Counted from the first letter of the stretch, positions 48,309-59,214 are shown. The stretch is DNA of 64,000 nt from Arcticibacter sp. (GCA_021155045.1 JAJNQB010000006.1:126832-190831), one strand, 5' to 3'. Program-made: numbers and translations. The notes: generated by a model from the sequence alone, not told the origin.

Positions 48309-49646
48309 ATGTTAGCCTATTACAAATCAAATTTACAGTTTATTTTTTTGTTATTAATTTGGCTGTTAGTTGGTATATACGCTGGCAATGTAATCTTTTT
48401 ACTATTACCTATATCAATGATTCTTCTAAAGCAAAAATATAGGATAGAAGAATTAATTTTAGGTTATCTTTTTATCTTAATTTTATCCGACAGCTTAGAG
48501 CCGAGTTTATTATTTGCAAAATCCATAAAGAATGTTTATATCACTTTATTGGCGATTTTCTTTTTTCTTGATTTAAAATCGTTTAAACCTTATAATAAAC
48601 TATTTTTAATATTTGGTTTCTTTTTTATTTTTTCTGTAATAACAATGCTGACAAGTGTGAACGAAACTTTTTTTTTAACTAGTCTGCAAAAAACAATTTC
48701 TTATTTTTTAACATTTTTAATAATCCCTAATTATATACTTCTTATTTATAGGGAAAAAGGTGACGATTTTTTAAGATCAATTACCTACTTTTTGGTTACA
48801 GGGCTATTTCTTGGTGTGGCTTTTAAGTTTTTTGCCCATGATTTAGCTTATATTCAAGGAGGAAGATATAGAGGTATTATGGGAAATCCTAATGGGATGG
48901 GTATCGTTGCAGTTTTGTTCTTTATAATATTTTTTATTTTTGATAGCACCAAACCGATTCTTTTTACAAAAAATGAAAAAATATTTTTTTACTGCATAAT
49001 TTTTTTCACCATATATGCTACTGGTTCTCGAAATGCTATTATTGCTATTGTTATTTTTTATTTATTGCAAAAATTTTATAAAATATCTCCTTTCTTAGGG
49101 TTTATACTTTTTTTACTTTTAATTTTTGTGGTGGAAATCATTTCAAATAATTTAATTTCTATTTTAGCCAGTATTGGTTTAAATGATTTATTTCGAATAA
49201 ATACGATTGATAACGGAAGTGGAAGATACATTGCATGGAATTTTGCTTGGATTCAAATCCAAAATAATTTATTTATTGGAAAAGGTTTTGGATATAATGA
49301 ATTTTACATGCGACAGCATTATGGCGAATTATCTAAACTTGGACATCAAGGTGGGATACATAACTCTTTTTTAACTTTTTGGATGGATCAAGGTTTAGTT
49401 GGTTTATTGTTATATTTACAAGCATTTGTTTATTTGTTTTTAAAAGCGGCTAAAAAAACGAAATTCGCTTTACCTATAATGTTTACTATAGCCTTTACTG
49501 CTATATTTGAGTCTTGGTTAGTAGGCTCTTTGAGTGCATTTGCTTTTCTAAGTGTTTTTATTTTTACGCTGTTAAATGATGATGAAATACTTTTTGATAA
49601 AATAGAAAATAAAGAGGTTCAACCTGAAATTCAATTGGAACCTTGA
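48309..49646 (+). CDS. O-antigen ligase / Wzy-type polymerase family membrane protein
   Basis: About 11 TM segments. 'GGIHNSFLTFWMDQGLVGLLLY' matches the Wzy_C/O-antigen ligase domain. Confidence 0.7.
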   Translation: MLAYYKSNLQFIFLLLIWLLVGIYAGNVIFLLLPISMILLKQKYRIEELILGYLFILILSDSLEPSLLFAKSIKNVYITLLAIFFFLDLKSFKPYNKLFLIFGFFFIFSVITMLTSVNETFFLTSLQKTISYFLTFLIIPNYILLIYREKGDDFLRSITYFLVTGLFLGVAFKFFAHDLAYIQGGRYRGIMGNPNGMGIVAVLFFIIFFIFDSTKPILFTKNEKIFFYCIIFFTIYATGSRNAIIAIVIFYLLQKFYKISPFLGFILFLLLIFVVEIISNNLISILASIGLNDLFRINTIDNGSGRYIAWNFAWIQIQNNLFIGKGFGYNEFYMRQHYGELSKLGHQGGIHNSFLTFWMDQGLVGLLLYLQAFVYLFLKAAKKTKFALPIMFTIAFTAIFESWLVGSLSAFAFLSVFIFTLLNDDEILFDKIENKEVQPEIQLEP

Positions 49647-49658
49647 AAAATTAATTTT

Positions 49659-52238
49659 ATGCTTATCTCCGGAAAACAAAATAAAATGTATAAAAAAATA
49701 GTTTCAAGAAAAAATGTATTGCTTTTTCTTGTTTTATTAACTGTTGTTTCACTATTTGAATTTAATTCAATTGTTAAGTCAAAGAACTATAATAATCTTT
49801 ATGATTTTATCTCAACAGTTGTTTCTAATTACAAAAATAGCTGGGATGCAAAACCTGAAACAATTTCAATAGAAATAAAAGATAAAGATTTTAAAAAATT
49901 AGAAAAAAATAGAAAGCAAGCTTTAGAAAGAGGCGTTATTATAAATGATATGGATGGTGATTATGTATCAGCTGTGATTGAATATAATGGAAAAAAAATA
50001 AATTCGAAACTTCGATTAAAAGGGCATATGACAGATCACTTGCAAAATAACAAATGGTCGTTTCGAGTTAAAATTAAAGAGAACGATGAAACCTTTATGG
50101 GTATGAAACGTTTTTCTTTACAACATCCTGGCACCCGAGGATATATTTATGAATGGCTTTATCATGAGTTGATGAAACGAGAAGATGTTATTGCTTTACG
50201 CTATAAGTTTATTAATGTAAAAGTTAATGGAGACGATTGGGGGATTTATGCTGTGGAAGAAAATTTCGAAAATGAATTGTTAGCAAATAACAACAGATTA
50301 ACAGGACCAATTATTCGTTTTAACCCTGATTTATATTGGGTAAATCGTTATAATGAATATCAGAGAATTAATTCTTTTGACGAATTCGCTTCTTATTACT
50401 CTGCAAACCCTGAAGCTTATAGAGAAGAAAAAGTTTTAAAAGATTCCGTTCAAAAGGAATATTATCTAAAAGCTATTGCTTTGATTGAGGGCTTAAGAAG
50501 CAAACAAATATCTGTTGATGTGGCTTTTGACATACCAAGGCTTGCGAAATTTCACGCAATAATTGATTTAGTTGGCGGTGTTCATAGTATTGATTGGAGC
50601 GATATTAAATATTATTATAACCCTGTTACAGCAAAACTTGAGCCTGTTGCTTACGAAAGTTTTACCGTGCTTAATTCTAAAAACATTTCCTCCCAATATA
50701 AATTTGTTAGTTTAGACTCATCTGCAAACTATGAAGATTGGCACTCCATGATTTTTAGTGATAAGACTTTTTTCAAAGAATATATAAAACAGGTTGAACG
50801 AATTTGTTCTGCAGATTATTTAACCACATTTTTTGATGAATCGAATAAAGAACTCAAAAATAATTTAGCAATTATCTATAAAGAATTTCCGTATAAGAAG
50901 TTTGATAAGGAAGATTATTTTAAAAGAGTCAAACAAATTCAGCGAGTATTAAATCCACCGAAAGCTGTTCATGCTTACTTACAGAATATTGAAAATAACA
51001 TTGCAACAGTTCAAGTTGCTGCTATTGATGCACTTCCGGTTGAAATAAAATCTATTCAAATAGATGGTAATAATTATAAGCTTAGTGAAGATGTAATTCT
51101 TCCAAGTAAAAAAGCAAATTCCTTTTTAGTATATACTACTGTTAAATTTAAATTAAATGCAGATTTTGTATGGAAGGCTTCATATTCCGATTCTTTAAAA
51201 ATTAACTATTCCATTTTAGGTTCTTCCTTAAATAAAGAAGTTAAACTATTTCCATTTCCACATACGGATAGTGAATTTATAAATGAGGAGTTAAAAAACA
51301 AGAAATCTACAATAGAAAATGATGAAAATTTTATAGTAGATGAAAAAACTAAGATGATTCAATTAAAATCAAATAAAACTACTATTAGCAATGATGTTGT
51401 TGTTCCAGCAGGCTATGTGTTTTTTGTGAGAGCTGGGGCTGTGATAGATTTTAAAAAAAAGGCTAAACTTATTTCGTATTCGCCTTTGTCATTTATTGGA
51501 AATGTTGATTTTCCCATAACTGTTACATCAAGCGATTCATCATCTCAAGGAATTGAAATAATTAATTCAGAAAAATCTATTTTAAGTTATGTTGTGTTTA
51601 AAGGCTTTCCTATAATTGCAGATTTTCAATGGAAAAGAAGTGGTACTCTTACTTTTTATGAATCCGAAGTAGAAATTAAAAATTGCAGTTTTTATAACTT
51701 CAAATCAGAAGATGTAATCAATGTAATTCGTTCAAAATTTTTAATCCAAAATTGTTTGTTTCAAAACTGTAAAAATGATGGATTTGATGCTGATTTTTCT
51801 GAAGGGACAATCGAGGGTTGTGCTTTTGAGGATTGCATTGAAAACGCAATTGATATTACAAAAAGCAAAGTATTGTTGAAATCTATTTATATAAGTGGTT
51901 CCATGAATAAGGGATTAAATTTTAAAGATGGCTCTGAAATAATAGCCAATGACCTGAAAATTAAAAATTCTTATATCGGAGTTTCTGCAGAAGATTATAG
52001 CCTTGTGAAGATAAATGACATTGAGTTAACAAATAATGAGTATGGTTTAGTTTCTTATAAAAATAAACCTTCAGCTGGGCATGCAGATATAACCGTTGTT
52101 AAGATAAAGTTAGTTAATGTAAAAAAAGACTACTTGAAAGAAAGAAAGTCTCTAATTAATATTGATGGAGCAGAGATAAAAGAAGATATAAACGATGTAG
52201 AGCTAATCATTAAGAAAAATGGTAAAAAGAAAAAATAA
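49659..52238 (+). CDS. CotH-family kinase fused to a C-terminal right-handed beta-helix domain, N-terminal membrane anchor
   Basis: CotH-like 'FSLQHPGTRGYIYEWLYHELMKRE…INVKVNGDDWGIYAVEENFE' and 'GVHSIDWSDIKYYYN'. C-terminal repeats 'NCSFYNF…NCLFQNC…GCAFEDC' form a parallel beta-helix. Confidence 0.6.
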   Translation: MLISGKQNKMYKKIVSRKNVLLFLVLLTVVSLFEFNSIVKSKNYNNLYDFISTVVSNYKNSWDAKPETISIEIKDKDFKKLEKNRKQALERGVIINDMDGDYVSAVIEYNGKKINSKLRLKGHMTDHLQNNKWSFRVKIKENDETFMGMKRFSLQHPGTRGYIYEWLYHELMKREDVIALRYKFINVKVNGDDWGIYAVEENFENELLANNNRLTGPIIRFNPDLYWVNRYNEYQRINSFDEFASYYSANPEAYREEKVLKDSVQKEYYLKAIALIEGLRSKQISVDVAFDIPRLAKFHAIIDLVGGVHSIDWSDIKYYYNPVTAKLEPVAYESFTVLNSKNISSQYKFVSLDSSANYEDWHSMIFSDKTFFKEYIKQVERICSADYLTTFFDESNKELKNNLAIIYKEFPYKKFDKEDYFKRVKQIQRVLNPPKAVHAYLQNIENNIATVQVAAIDALPVEIKSIQIDGNNYKLSEDVILPSKKANSFLVYTTVKFKLNADFVWKASYSDSLKINYSILGSSLNKEVKLFPFPHTDSEFINEELKNKKSTIENDENFIVDEKTKMIQLKSNKTTISNDVVVPAGYVFFVRAGAVIDFKKKAKLISYSPLSFIGNVDFPITVTSSDSSSQGIEIINSEKSILSYVVFKGFPIIADFQWKRSGTLTFYESEVEIKNCSFYNFKSEDVINVIRSKFLIQNCLFQNCKNDGFDADFSEGTIEGCAFEDCIENAIDITKSKVLLKSIYISGSMNKGLNFKDGSEIIANDLKIKNSYIGVSAEDYSLVKINDIELTNNEYGLVSYKNKPSAGHADITVVKIKLVNVKKDYLKERKSLINIDGAEIKEDINDVELIIKKNGKKKK

Positions 52239-53271
52239 AACAATCTTTTTTTTATTTTGTGTTTTGAGTTTTTTATCGTTCTATGTTAAATCTCAAACGG
52301 TTTCTCCTTTTAATGGATTAAAAATTAATGATACACTTAAAAACTATTCGTTTATTGTTAGTGGACATTTTCATGGACAATCGAATAATATTTCTACTTT
52401 TCCTGCAGCTTCTCTACTTGCAAATATTGATACACTTAATAGTATTAAACCAAATTTTTTAGTCAGTTTAGGCGATTTGTTTCTTGATGTTAATGATGAA
52501 TATATCAATCATTACAACAAAAGTTTTTTTAATAAAATTTCTTTTCCAATGTTTAATGTGGTTGGGAATCACGATATATCCAATGGAAACGTATATGAAA
52601 AAAAATATGGAAAAACTTTTTTCTCATTTATATTAAACTCAGAGCTGTATATTTTTTTAAATACAGAAATTAATGATGGTAGTATAAAAGGAGAACAATT
52701 TGATTTTTTTAAACAAACTTTAAGTGTTAGTTCTTTAGATAATATTAAAAATATTTTTATTTTTTCTCACCGTCCGATATGGGCAGAGCGAATTTTGAAA
52801 TACGAAAAATTATTCTTGGAAAACACTCGCACTTCAATAGGAAAAAATAATTTTACGGAAGACATATTGCCATTATTTCAAAATATAAAACATAAAAATA
52901 TTTTTTGGATGTCTGGTTCAATGGGTGGCGGAGCTTCCTCTTTTTTTTATGATAAAAACAATGAATTAGGTATCACTTTTATTCAAACGGCTATTAGAGA
53001 TACTCCTAGAGATGCGATGTTGAAAGTAACCGTGAATAAAAAGAATGTTTCTTTTGACGGTATTTCATTAACAGGGAATAAAATTGAACCTATTGAAAAT
53101 TATAATGTTGATTTTTGGTTAAATTCTTCTTCGCCCGAAAATGATTTTAATTATAGATTATTGCCATACTTGACAAAACAAATGTTGTTACATCGTTATT
53201 TTTGGTTTGGATTTGTAACCGCATTACTTTTAATATTCATGTTTGCTTTTATTAAAAGAGGGCGCAAATGA
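52219..53271 (+). CDS. calcineurin-like metallophosphoesterase with signal peptide and C-terminal TM anchor
   Basis: 'FIVSGHFHGQ', 'SLGDLF', 'VVGNHD' and 'FIFSHRP' are metallophosphoesterase motifs. Overlaps the upstream CotH gene by 20 nt. Confidence 0.75.
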   Translation: MVKRKNKTIFFLFCVLSFLSFYVKSQTVSPFNGLKINDTLKNYSFIVSGHFHGQSNNISTFPAASLLANIDTLNSIKPNFLVSLGDLFLDVNDEYINHYNKSFFNKISFPMFNVVGNHDISNGNVYEKKYGKTFFSFILNSELYIFLNTEINDGSIKGEQFDFFKQTLSVSSLDNIKNIFIFSHRPIWAERILKYEKLFLENTRTSIGKNNFTEDILPLFQNIKHKNIFWMSGSMGGGASSFFYDKNNELGITFIQTAIRDTPRDAMLKVTVNKKNVSFDGISLTGNKIEPIENYNVDFWLNSSSPENDFNYRLLPYLTKQMLLHRYFWFGFVTALLLIFMFAFIKRGRK

Positions 53272-54311
53272 AAATCCTTTTTTTATATACCGAAATAGCA
53301 GATTATTTTTTAGCTGGTTGTAAAGAGCTTATTAATAAAGCTGCTGATGTTCATGTTGTGAGATGGCAAGTGAATCAAGAAGCTCCTTTTCAGTTTAATT
53401 ATCCCAATGGTTTAAATGTATATGATAAAAATAATTATAGTGGAATTAGACTACTTCAATTGGTAGATAAAATAAATCCCGATATAATTATTTGTAGTGG
53501 CTGGGTTGATAAAGATTATTTAGCAGTCTGCAAAAAATATAAAAATAAAGCTATTACAATTTTAACCTTAGATAACCAATGGAAAGGAAGTCTAAAACAA
53601 CTGTTCGCATCCATTATTAGTCCATTTTATTTAAAATTTCGTTTTAATAAATGTTGGGTGCCTGGAGAGTTACAAAAAAAATATGCACGTAAATTGGGTT
53701 TCGAAAATGAAAACATTATTGATGGGTTTTACACTTGTGATTTTAATTTATTTCAGAATCAATACTTGAAAAATAGAATTGAAAAAGAAAAAAACTTTCC
53801 AAAACGTTTTATTTTTGTTGGTAGGTATTATGAGTTTAAAGGCATTCGAGATTTATGGCAAGCTTTTATTGAACTTCATAATGAAAGTCCGAACGACTGG
53901 GAGTTGTGGTGTTTAGGAACAGGAACTATTGATCCGATAAAGCATGAAAAAATAAAACATTTTGGTTTTGTTCAGCCGAAAGATTTGCCTCACTATATCA
54001 AAGAAACTGGAGTTTTTGTTTTACCTAGTCATTTTGAGCCATGGGGAGTGGTTGTTCATGAATTTGCATCTGCTGGGTTTCCACTAATTTGTTCAAATGA
54101 AGTAGGTGCAAAAACAGCTTTTGTTGAAGATGCTGTAAACGGTTATATTTACAAAGCAGGTGATATTCAGCAATTGAAATCAAAAATGAAATTAATGATG
54201 AATGAAAGCTCTGAAAAATTAATTTCGATGGGATTAAAAAGCGTTGAAAAAGCTAAAAAGAATACTCCCGAAATATGGGCTGATAAGTTGATAAGAATGA
54301 TTAGTAAATAG
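53268..54311 (+). CDS. GT4-like glycosyltransferase
   Basis: 'VLPSHFEPWGVVVHEFASAGFPLICSNEVGA' is of the E-x7-E type. Confidence 0.7.
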   Translation: MKILFLYTEIADYFLAGCKELINKAADVHVVRWQVNQEAPFQFNYPNGLNVYDKNNYSGIRLLQLVDKINPDIIICSGWVDKDYLAVCKKYKNKAITILTLDNQWKGSLKQLFASIISPFYLKFRFNKCWVPGELQKKYARKLGFENENIIDGFYTCDFNLFQNQYLKNRIEKEKNFPKRFIFVGRYYEFKGIRDLWQAFIELHNESPNDWELWCLGTGTIDPIKHEKIKHFGFVQPKDLPHYIKETGVFVLPSHFEPWGVVVHEFASAGFPLICSNEVGAKTAFVEDAVNGYIYKAGDIQQLKSKMKLMMNESSEKLISMGLKSVEKAKKNTPEIWADKLIRMISK

Positions 54312-54394
54312 GGATAAGCGAATAGTAAATAGTAAATAGGGTGTAGGAGAGAGGTTAATTTAAGTGCTATCTCAACGGATTTATAAATTTTATT

Positions 54395-56283
54395 ATGTGC
54401 GGAATTAATGGTATCATAGGAATTCAAAATGTTGTTATTGCAAAAGAAAAAATTATTGCAATGAACAATCGCATGAGTCATCGCGGACCTGATGATGAAG
54501 GAATATTTGTTGATGAAAATATTGCGTTGGGACATAGAAGACTTTCAATTATTGATTTGTCGTCTGCTGGACATCAGCCCATGCAATCGTTTGATGGACG
54601 TTATCAAATTATATACAATGGTGAGTTATACAATTACAAAGAATTGAAATTTGAATTACAAAGAGTTGTTGCAGGTTCAAATCAACAAGCATATATTTTT
54701 CAGACAAATACAGATACAGAAGTTATCATTGCTGCATTTGCAAGATGGGGAATAGATTGTGTAAAAAGATTTAATGGAATGTTTGCTTTTGCTATTTGGG
54801 ATAACCAAAATAAAGAATTATTTATTGCAAGAGACAGATTAGGAATTAAGCCTTTGTATTATTTATATGTGAATGAGATTTTTGCTTTTTCTTCAGAAAT
54901 ACGTTCATTGCTTGCTAGTAATTTAATTTCGAGAAAGCTTGATCAGAATAGTTTAGTTGATTATTTGAGATACCAAACTGTTCATGCGCCTAATACAATA
55001 GTAAAAGGCATTAAAATGCTAATGCCTGGTCATTTCATTTCCATGAAAAATAATGAATTGAGAATTAAAAAGTATTGGGACATAAATTCCTTTATAAAAC
55101 CAGCAGATGCAAAAGCAAGTTACAATGAAATTTGTAAAAATGTAAATGAATTACTCACTAAATCGGTAGAAAGAAGATTAATTGCAGATGTTCCTTTTGG
55201 AGCTTTTTTGTCTGGGGGAATTGATTCGAGTGCTATAGTTGGTTTAATGAGTAAAGTGTCAACTGAAAAGATTAAAACATTTAATATATCGTTTGATGAA
55301 AGTGAATTTTCGGAGGCTAAGTACGCTACTTTAATTGCTAAAAAATTTAATACCGATCATCACGAAATACGATTAACTCCTCAGGATTTTTTAAATGATT
55401 TACCTAGTGCATTAAAGGCAATGGATCATCCAAGTGGTGATGGGCCGAACTCGTATGTTGTTTCTAAGGCTACCAAAAGAGCTGGAATAACAATGGCTTT
55501 ATCTGGGTTAGGAGGAGATGAATTATTTGGAGGTTATGATGTTTTCAAGCGCAATTTAGATTTAAATAAAAAAGCATGGCTGAATGGAATACCAAAAATT
55601 GCCCGTTCTTTCGGTGGAGAAGTTTTAACAACAATAAAACCATCAATTGCTTCCGAAAAAATTGCAGAACTATTAAGGAAAAATAAAATTAATTTTCAAT
55701 CTTTTTATCCGATCACACGACAAGTGTTAATGGATAAGCAAATTTTAAATATTATAAATAGGAATCAATTAACAAAAAATAGAGTTGCTGAAATCATAGA
55801 AGAATCTCACATCTCACATCTCACATCTCACAAGTCTCCATTGCCGAGATTTCTACTTATATGCAAAATGTTTTGCTCCGAGATACAGACCAAATGAGTA
55901 TGGCTCATGCGCTAGAAGTAAGGGTTCCTTTTATTGATTATACATTGGTGGAATATGTGCTTGGAATTCCTGATAAGTATAAAAATGTGTCGAGTCCCAA
56001 AAAACTTTTAATAGATGCACTGGGTGATTTATTGCCAGATGAAGTTGTAAATCGGACTAAAATGGGTTTTACATTTCCATGGAAGCATTGGATGAAGAAC
56101 GAATTAAAATATTTTTGCGAAAGTAATATAGTGTCTCTATCAAAACGAGCGATGTTTAATGAAAGTGCTATAATTGCCATGTGGAATAATTTTTTGGCGG
56201 ATAAAAAAATAGTTACTTGGTCTCGTATTTGGCATTTAGTTGTGCTGGAAAATTGGTTACAAGAAAATAACATTGAGGAATAG
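54395..56283 (+). pseudogene. asnB: asparagine synthase (glutamine-hydrolysing) family amidotransferase, split by a frameshift at a heptanucleotide repeat (frame 2 to frame 1 near 55805-55832)
   Basis: N-terminus 'MCGINGI' is a class-II GATase Cys2. 'SGGIDSS' is the PP-loop. The second ORF (55861-56283) continues the C-terminal AsnB domain ('DQMSMAHALEVRVPFIDY'). Frame 1 is open through the repeat, reading '…ISQVSIAEISTYMQNVLLRD…'. Confidence 0.8.
55805..55832 (+). repeat. (TCTCACA)x4 perfect heptanucleotide tandem repeat at the asnB frameshift point
   Basis: 'tctcacatctcacatctcacatctcaca' read directly. A gain of one unit or a loss of two units would restore a single ~630-aa ORF. Confidence 0.95.
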
Positions 56284-57428
56284 TGGATCATAAAAAGAAA
56301 ATTTTAATATTTATCGATTGGTATTTGCCTGGGTTCAAAGCTGGCGGACCAATTCAATCTATTTCTAATTTAGTTTCACACTTATCAGGTGATTTTGATT
56401 TTTACATAGTTACCAGAGATACGGATTATTGTGAATCGATTCCATATAAGTCCATTAAAAGTGATGACTGGAACGATTCAGAAAATGGGACGAAAGTTTA
56501 TTACTTTTCTCAAAATAATTTAAATAGAATTGGAATTAGGAATTTGTTAAGAAAAACTGATTTTGATGTTGTTTATTTAAACGGTATTTATTCTTTTTAT
56601 TTTACATTGCTACCACTTATATATTTAAGAAAAAAACACAATAAAAAAGTTGTTGTTGCAGCAAGAGGTATGCTTGCAGCAAGTGCATTGGGTGTTAAGA
56701 AAAATAAAAAATCGTTTTTTATTAGGGCTGTAAAAATTTTAAGTTTATTTGACAATGTTATTTTTCATGCCACTAATGAAAATGAAAAAAATGATATACA
56801 AAACGTTTTAGGAGAAAAATATAAAATTAAAGTAGCTGCAAATTTACCTCCATCAAAGGCTTATGACACTAATCCTAATAGAATTAAGGATGCTGGTTTT
56901 GTACGTATTGTTAATGTTGCTAGAGTTGCACCAGAAAAAAATTTATTGTTTGCATTAAAAGCATTAATGCTTTGTAGAGTAAATGTTGAATTTGATTTTT
57001 ATGGACCAATTTACAATCAAGAATATTGGAATGAATGTAAAGAAGTAATGAATAATTTGCCTCAAAATGTTAAAGTTATTTATAAAGGTAGCGTAGAAAG
57101 TGAAAAAGTTTTTGATGTTCTAAAAGAATATCATTTTATGTTTATGCCAACACAAGGAGAAAATTTTGGACATATTATATTGCAATCTTTTATGGCTGGT
57201 TGCCCAGTAATAATAAGCGATAAAACCCCCTGGAAGAATTTAGAAGAAAAAAATATTGGTTGGGATATACCATTAAATGATATTGAAAAATTTGCAAACA
57301 TAATTGAGAATACATCAAAAATGAATCAAGATGATTTTAATTTAATTTCCAAATCAACCTTTGAATTTGCTCAACAATATTTGGATAATGTTGAAATTGT
57401 AAATCAAAGCAAGAGTCTTTTTCATTAA
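56283..57428 (+). CDS. GT4 family glycosyltransferase
   Basis: 'MFMPTQGENFGHIILQSFMAGCPVIISD' is the E-x7-E motif. Confidence 0.75.
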   Translation: MDHKKKILIFIDWYLPGFKAGGPIQSISNLVSHLSGDFDFYIVTRDTDYCESIPYKSIKSDDWNDSENGTKVYYFSQNNLNRIGIRNLLRKTDFDVVYLNGIYSFYFTLLPLIYLRKKHNKKVVVAARGMLAASALGVKKNKKSFFIRAVKILSLFDNVIFHATNENEKNDIQNVLGEKYKIKVAANLPPSKAYDTNPNRIKDAGFVRIVNVARVAPEKNLLFALKALMLCRVNVEFDFYGPIYNQEYWNECKEVMNNLPQNVKVIYKGSVESEKVFDVLKEYHFMFMPTQGENFGHIILQSFMAGCPVIISDKTPWKNLEEKNIGWDIPLNDIEKFANIIENTSKMNQDDFNLISKSTFEFAQQYLDNVEIVNQSKSLFH

Positions 57429-57489
57429 ATTTCACTTGCATCATTACTATTCTTCATTAACTTTGTTTCACAAACTTTTATCGAATATT

Positions 57490-59214
57490 ATGTATATTTT
57501 AGGATTAAATGCTTTTCACGGAGATTCCTCTGCTTGTATATTAAAAAATGGAGAAGTTATTGTTGCTTTGGAAGAAGAAAGAATAAGAAGAATAAAGCAC
57601 TGGGCAGGCTTTCCTATTGAAGCAATTAAATACTGCTTAAAAGATGCCGGAATATCCATTAAAGACGTTGATTATATTGCCATTTCAAGAGATCCTTCTG
57701 CGAATGTTTTACATAAAATTAAGCATACTCTTAAAAATAAAGTTTCTGTAGGAGCTATATTCGATAGATATCTAAATTCAAAAAAAGTAAAATCAATTAA
57801 ATCTATATTGGCTGAAGAATTTAATATAGAAGCAAATGAAATTAAGGCAAAAATTCATAATATTGAACATCACCGTTCACACTTAGGAAGCTCCTTTTTT
57901 GCATCTCCTTTTGAGAAATCGGCATTGCTTTCAATCGATGGATTTGGGGATTTTACCTCAACAATGACTGCAATAGGAAATGGTAATAAAATTGAGATTA
58001 TAGATTCTGTTCTTTTCCCACATTCTGTTGGAATTTTCTATACATCATTCACACAATACTTAGGTTTTCCAAAATATGGAGATGAGTATAAAGTTATGGG
58101 TTTAGCTCCTTATGGGAAACCTATATATATAGATAAATTAAAAGATGTAATTCAATTTACTGATGATGGATTCTTTAAATTAAACCTAAAATATTTTAAG
58201 CACCATAAAGATGGTGTAAAAATGAGTTGGGAAAGTGGTGAGCCCGATATTCAAAGCATTTTTAGTGATTATATGATAGAAAAATTTGGTCCAGTTAGAA
58301 ATCGAGAGGACGAATTAACTCAATATCATAAAGATATTGCTGCTTCTGTTCAAAAAATCACAGAAGAATTGATTTTTCATATCTTAAATAATTTGCATAA
58401 AAAAGCAGGAATTGAAAATTTATGTATTGCTGGAGGTGTTGCTCAAAATTCGGTTGCAAATGGAAAAATATTAAAGAATACTCCTTTTAAAAATGTTTAT
58501 ATACCTCCAGCAGGACACGATGCAGGAACATCAATTGGGTCGGCTTTATTTTTATATAATCAAATATTGAATGAAAAGAGGGTTTCTCCGACTTATTCAG
58601 GTTCAATGGGTAGTTGTTTTACTGATAATGAAATTGAAAAATATTTGATTGAAAAAAAAATACCCTTTAAAAAATATTCTGATGCAGAATTGTATGATAA
58701 AGTAACTGATTGTATCATAAATAGTGGAGTTGTTGGCTGGTTTCAAGGGCGATCTGAATTTGGTCCGAGGGCTCTAGGACATAGGTCAATTCTTGCAGAC
58801 CCAAGAAGATATGATGCAAAAGAAATTTTAAATCTGAAAATTAAAAGGAGAGAGTCATTTCGTCCTTTTGCCCCTTCAATATTAAAAGAATATACTAAAG
58901 ATTATTTTGAGGATGCAGATAATGTTCCTTTTATGGAAAAGGTCTATTTGATAAAAGAATCTATGAGAAATAAAATTCCAGCCGTAACGCATGTTGATGG
59001 TACTGGCAGGCTGCAAACAGTAGATAAATTAGTTGAGCCTAGGTATCATGAATTAATATCAAAATTCTATGAAAAAACTGGGGTTCCGATTTTATTAAAT
59101 ACTTCTTTTAATGAAAATGAACCAATTGTTAATTCACCCGAAAATGCTTTAGATTGTTTCCTAAGAACCAAGATGGACATGATTGTTTTAGAAAATTATG
59201 TTGTAGCAAGATAA
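57490..59214 (+). CDS. carbamoyltransferase (NodU/CmcH family)
   Basis: 'MYILGLNAFHGDSSACIL…GEVIVALEEERIRRIKHWAGFP' (Carbam_trans_N) and 'GRSEFGPRALGHRSIL' (C-domain). The start was moved to the ATG at 57490. Confidence 0.85.
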   Translation: MYILGLNAFHGDSSACILKNGEVIVALEEERIRRIKHWAGFPIEAIKYCLKDAGISIKDVDYIAISRDPSANVLHKIKHTLKNKVSVGAIFDRYLNSKKVKSIKSILAEEFNIEANEIKAKIHNIEHHRSHLGSSFFASPFEKSALLSIDGFGDFTSTMTAIGNGNKIEIIDSVLFPHSVGIFYTSFTQYLGFPKYGDEYKVMGLAPYGKPIYIDKLKDVIQFTDDGFFKLNLKYFKHHKDGVKMSWESGEPDIQSIFSDYMIEKFGPVRNREDELTQYHKDIAASVQKITEELIFHILNNLHKKAGIENLCIAGGVAQNSVANGKILKNTPFKNVYIPPAGHDAGTSIGSALFLYNQILNEKRVSPTYSGSMGSCFTDNEIEKYLIEKKIPFKKYSDAELYDKVTDCIINSGVVGWFQGRSEFGPRALGHRSILADPRRYDAKEILNLKIKRRESFRPFAPSILKEYTKDYFEDADNVPFMEKVYLIKESMRNKIPAVTHVDGTGRLQTVDKLVEPRYHELISKFYEKTGVPILLNTSFNENEPIVNSPENALDCFLRTKMDMIVLENYVVAR

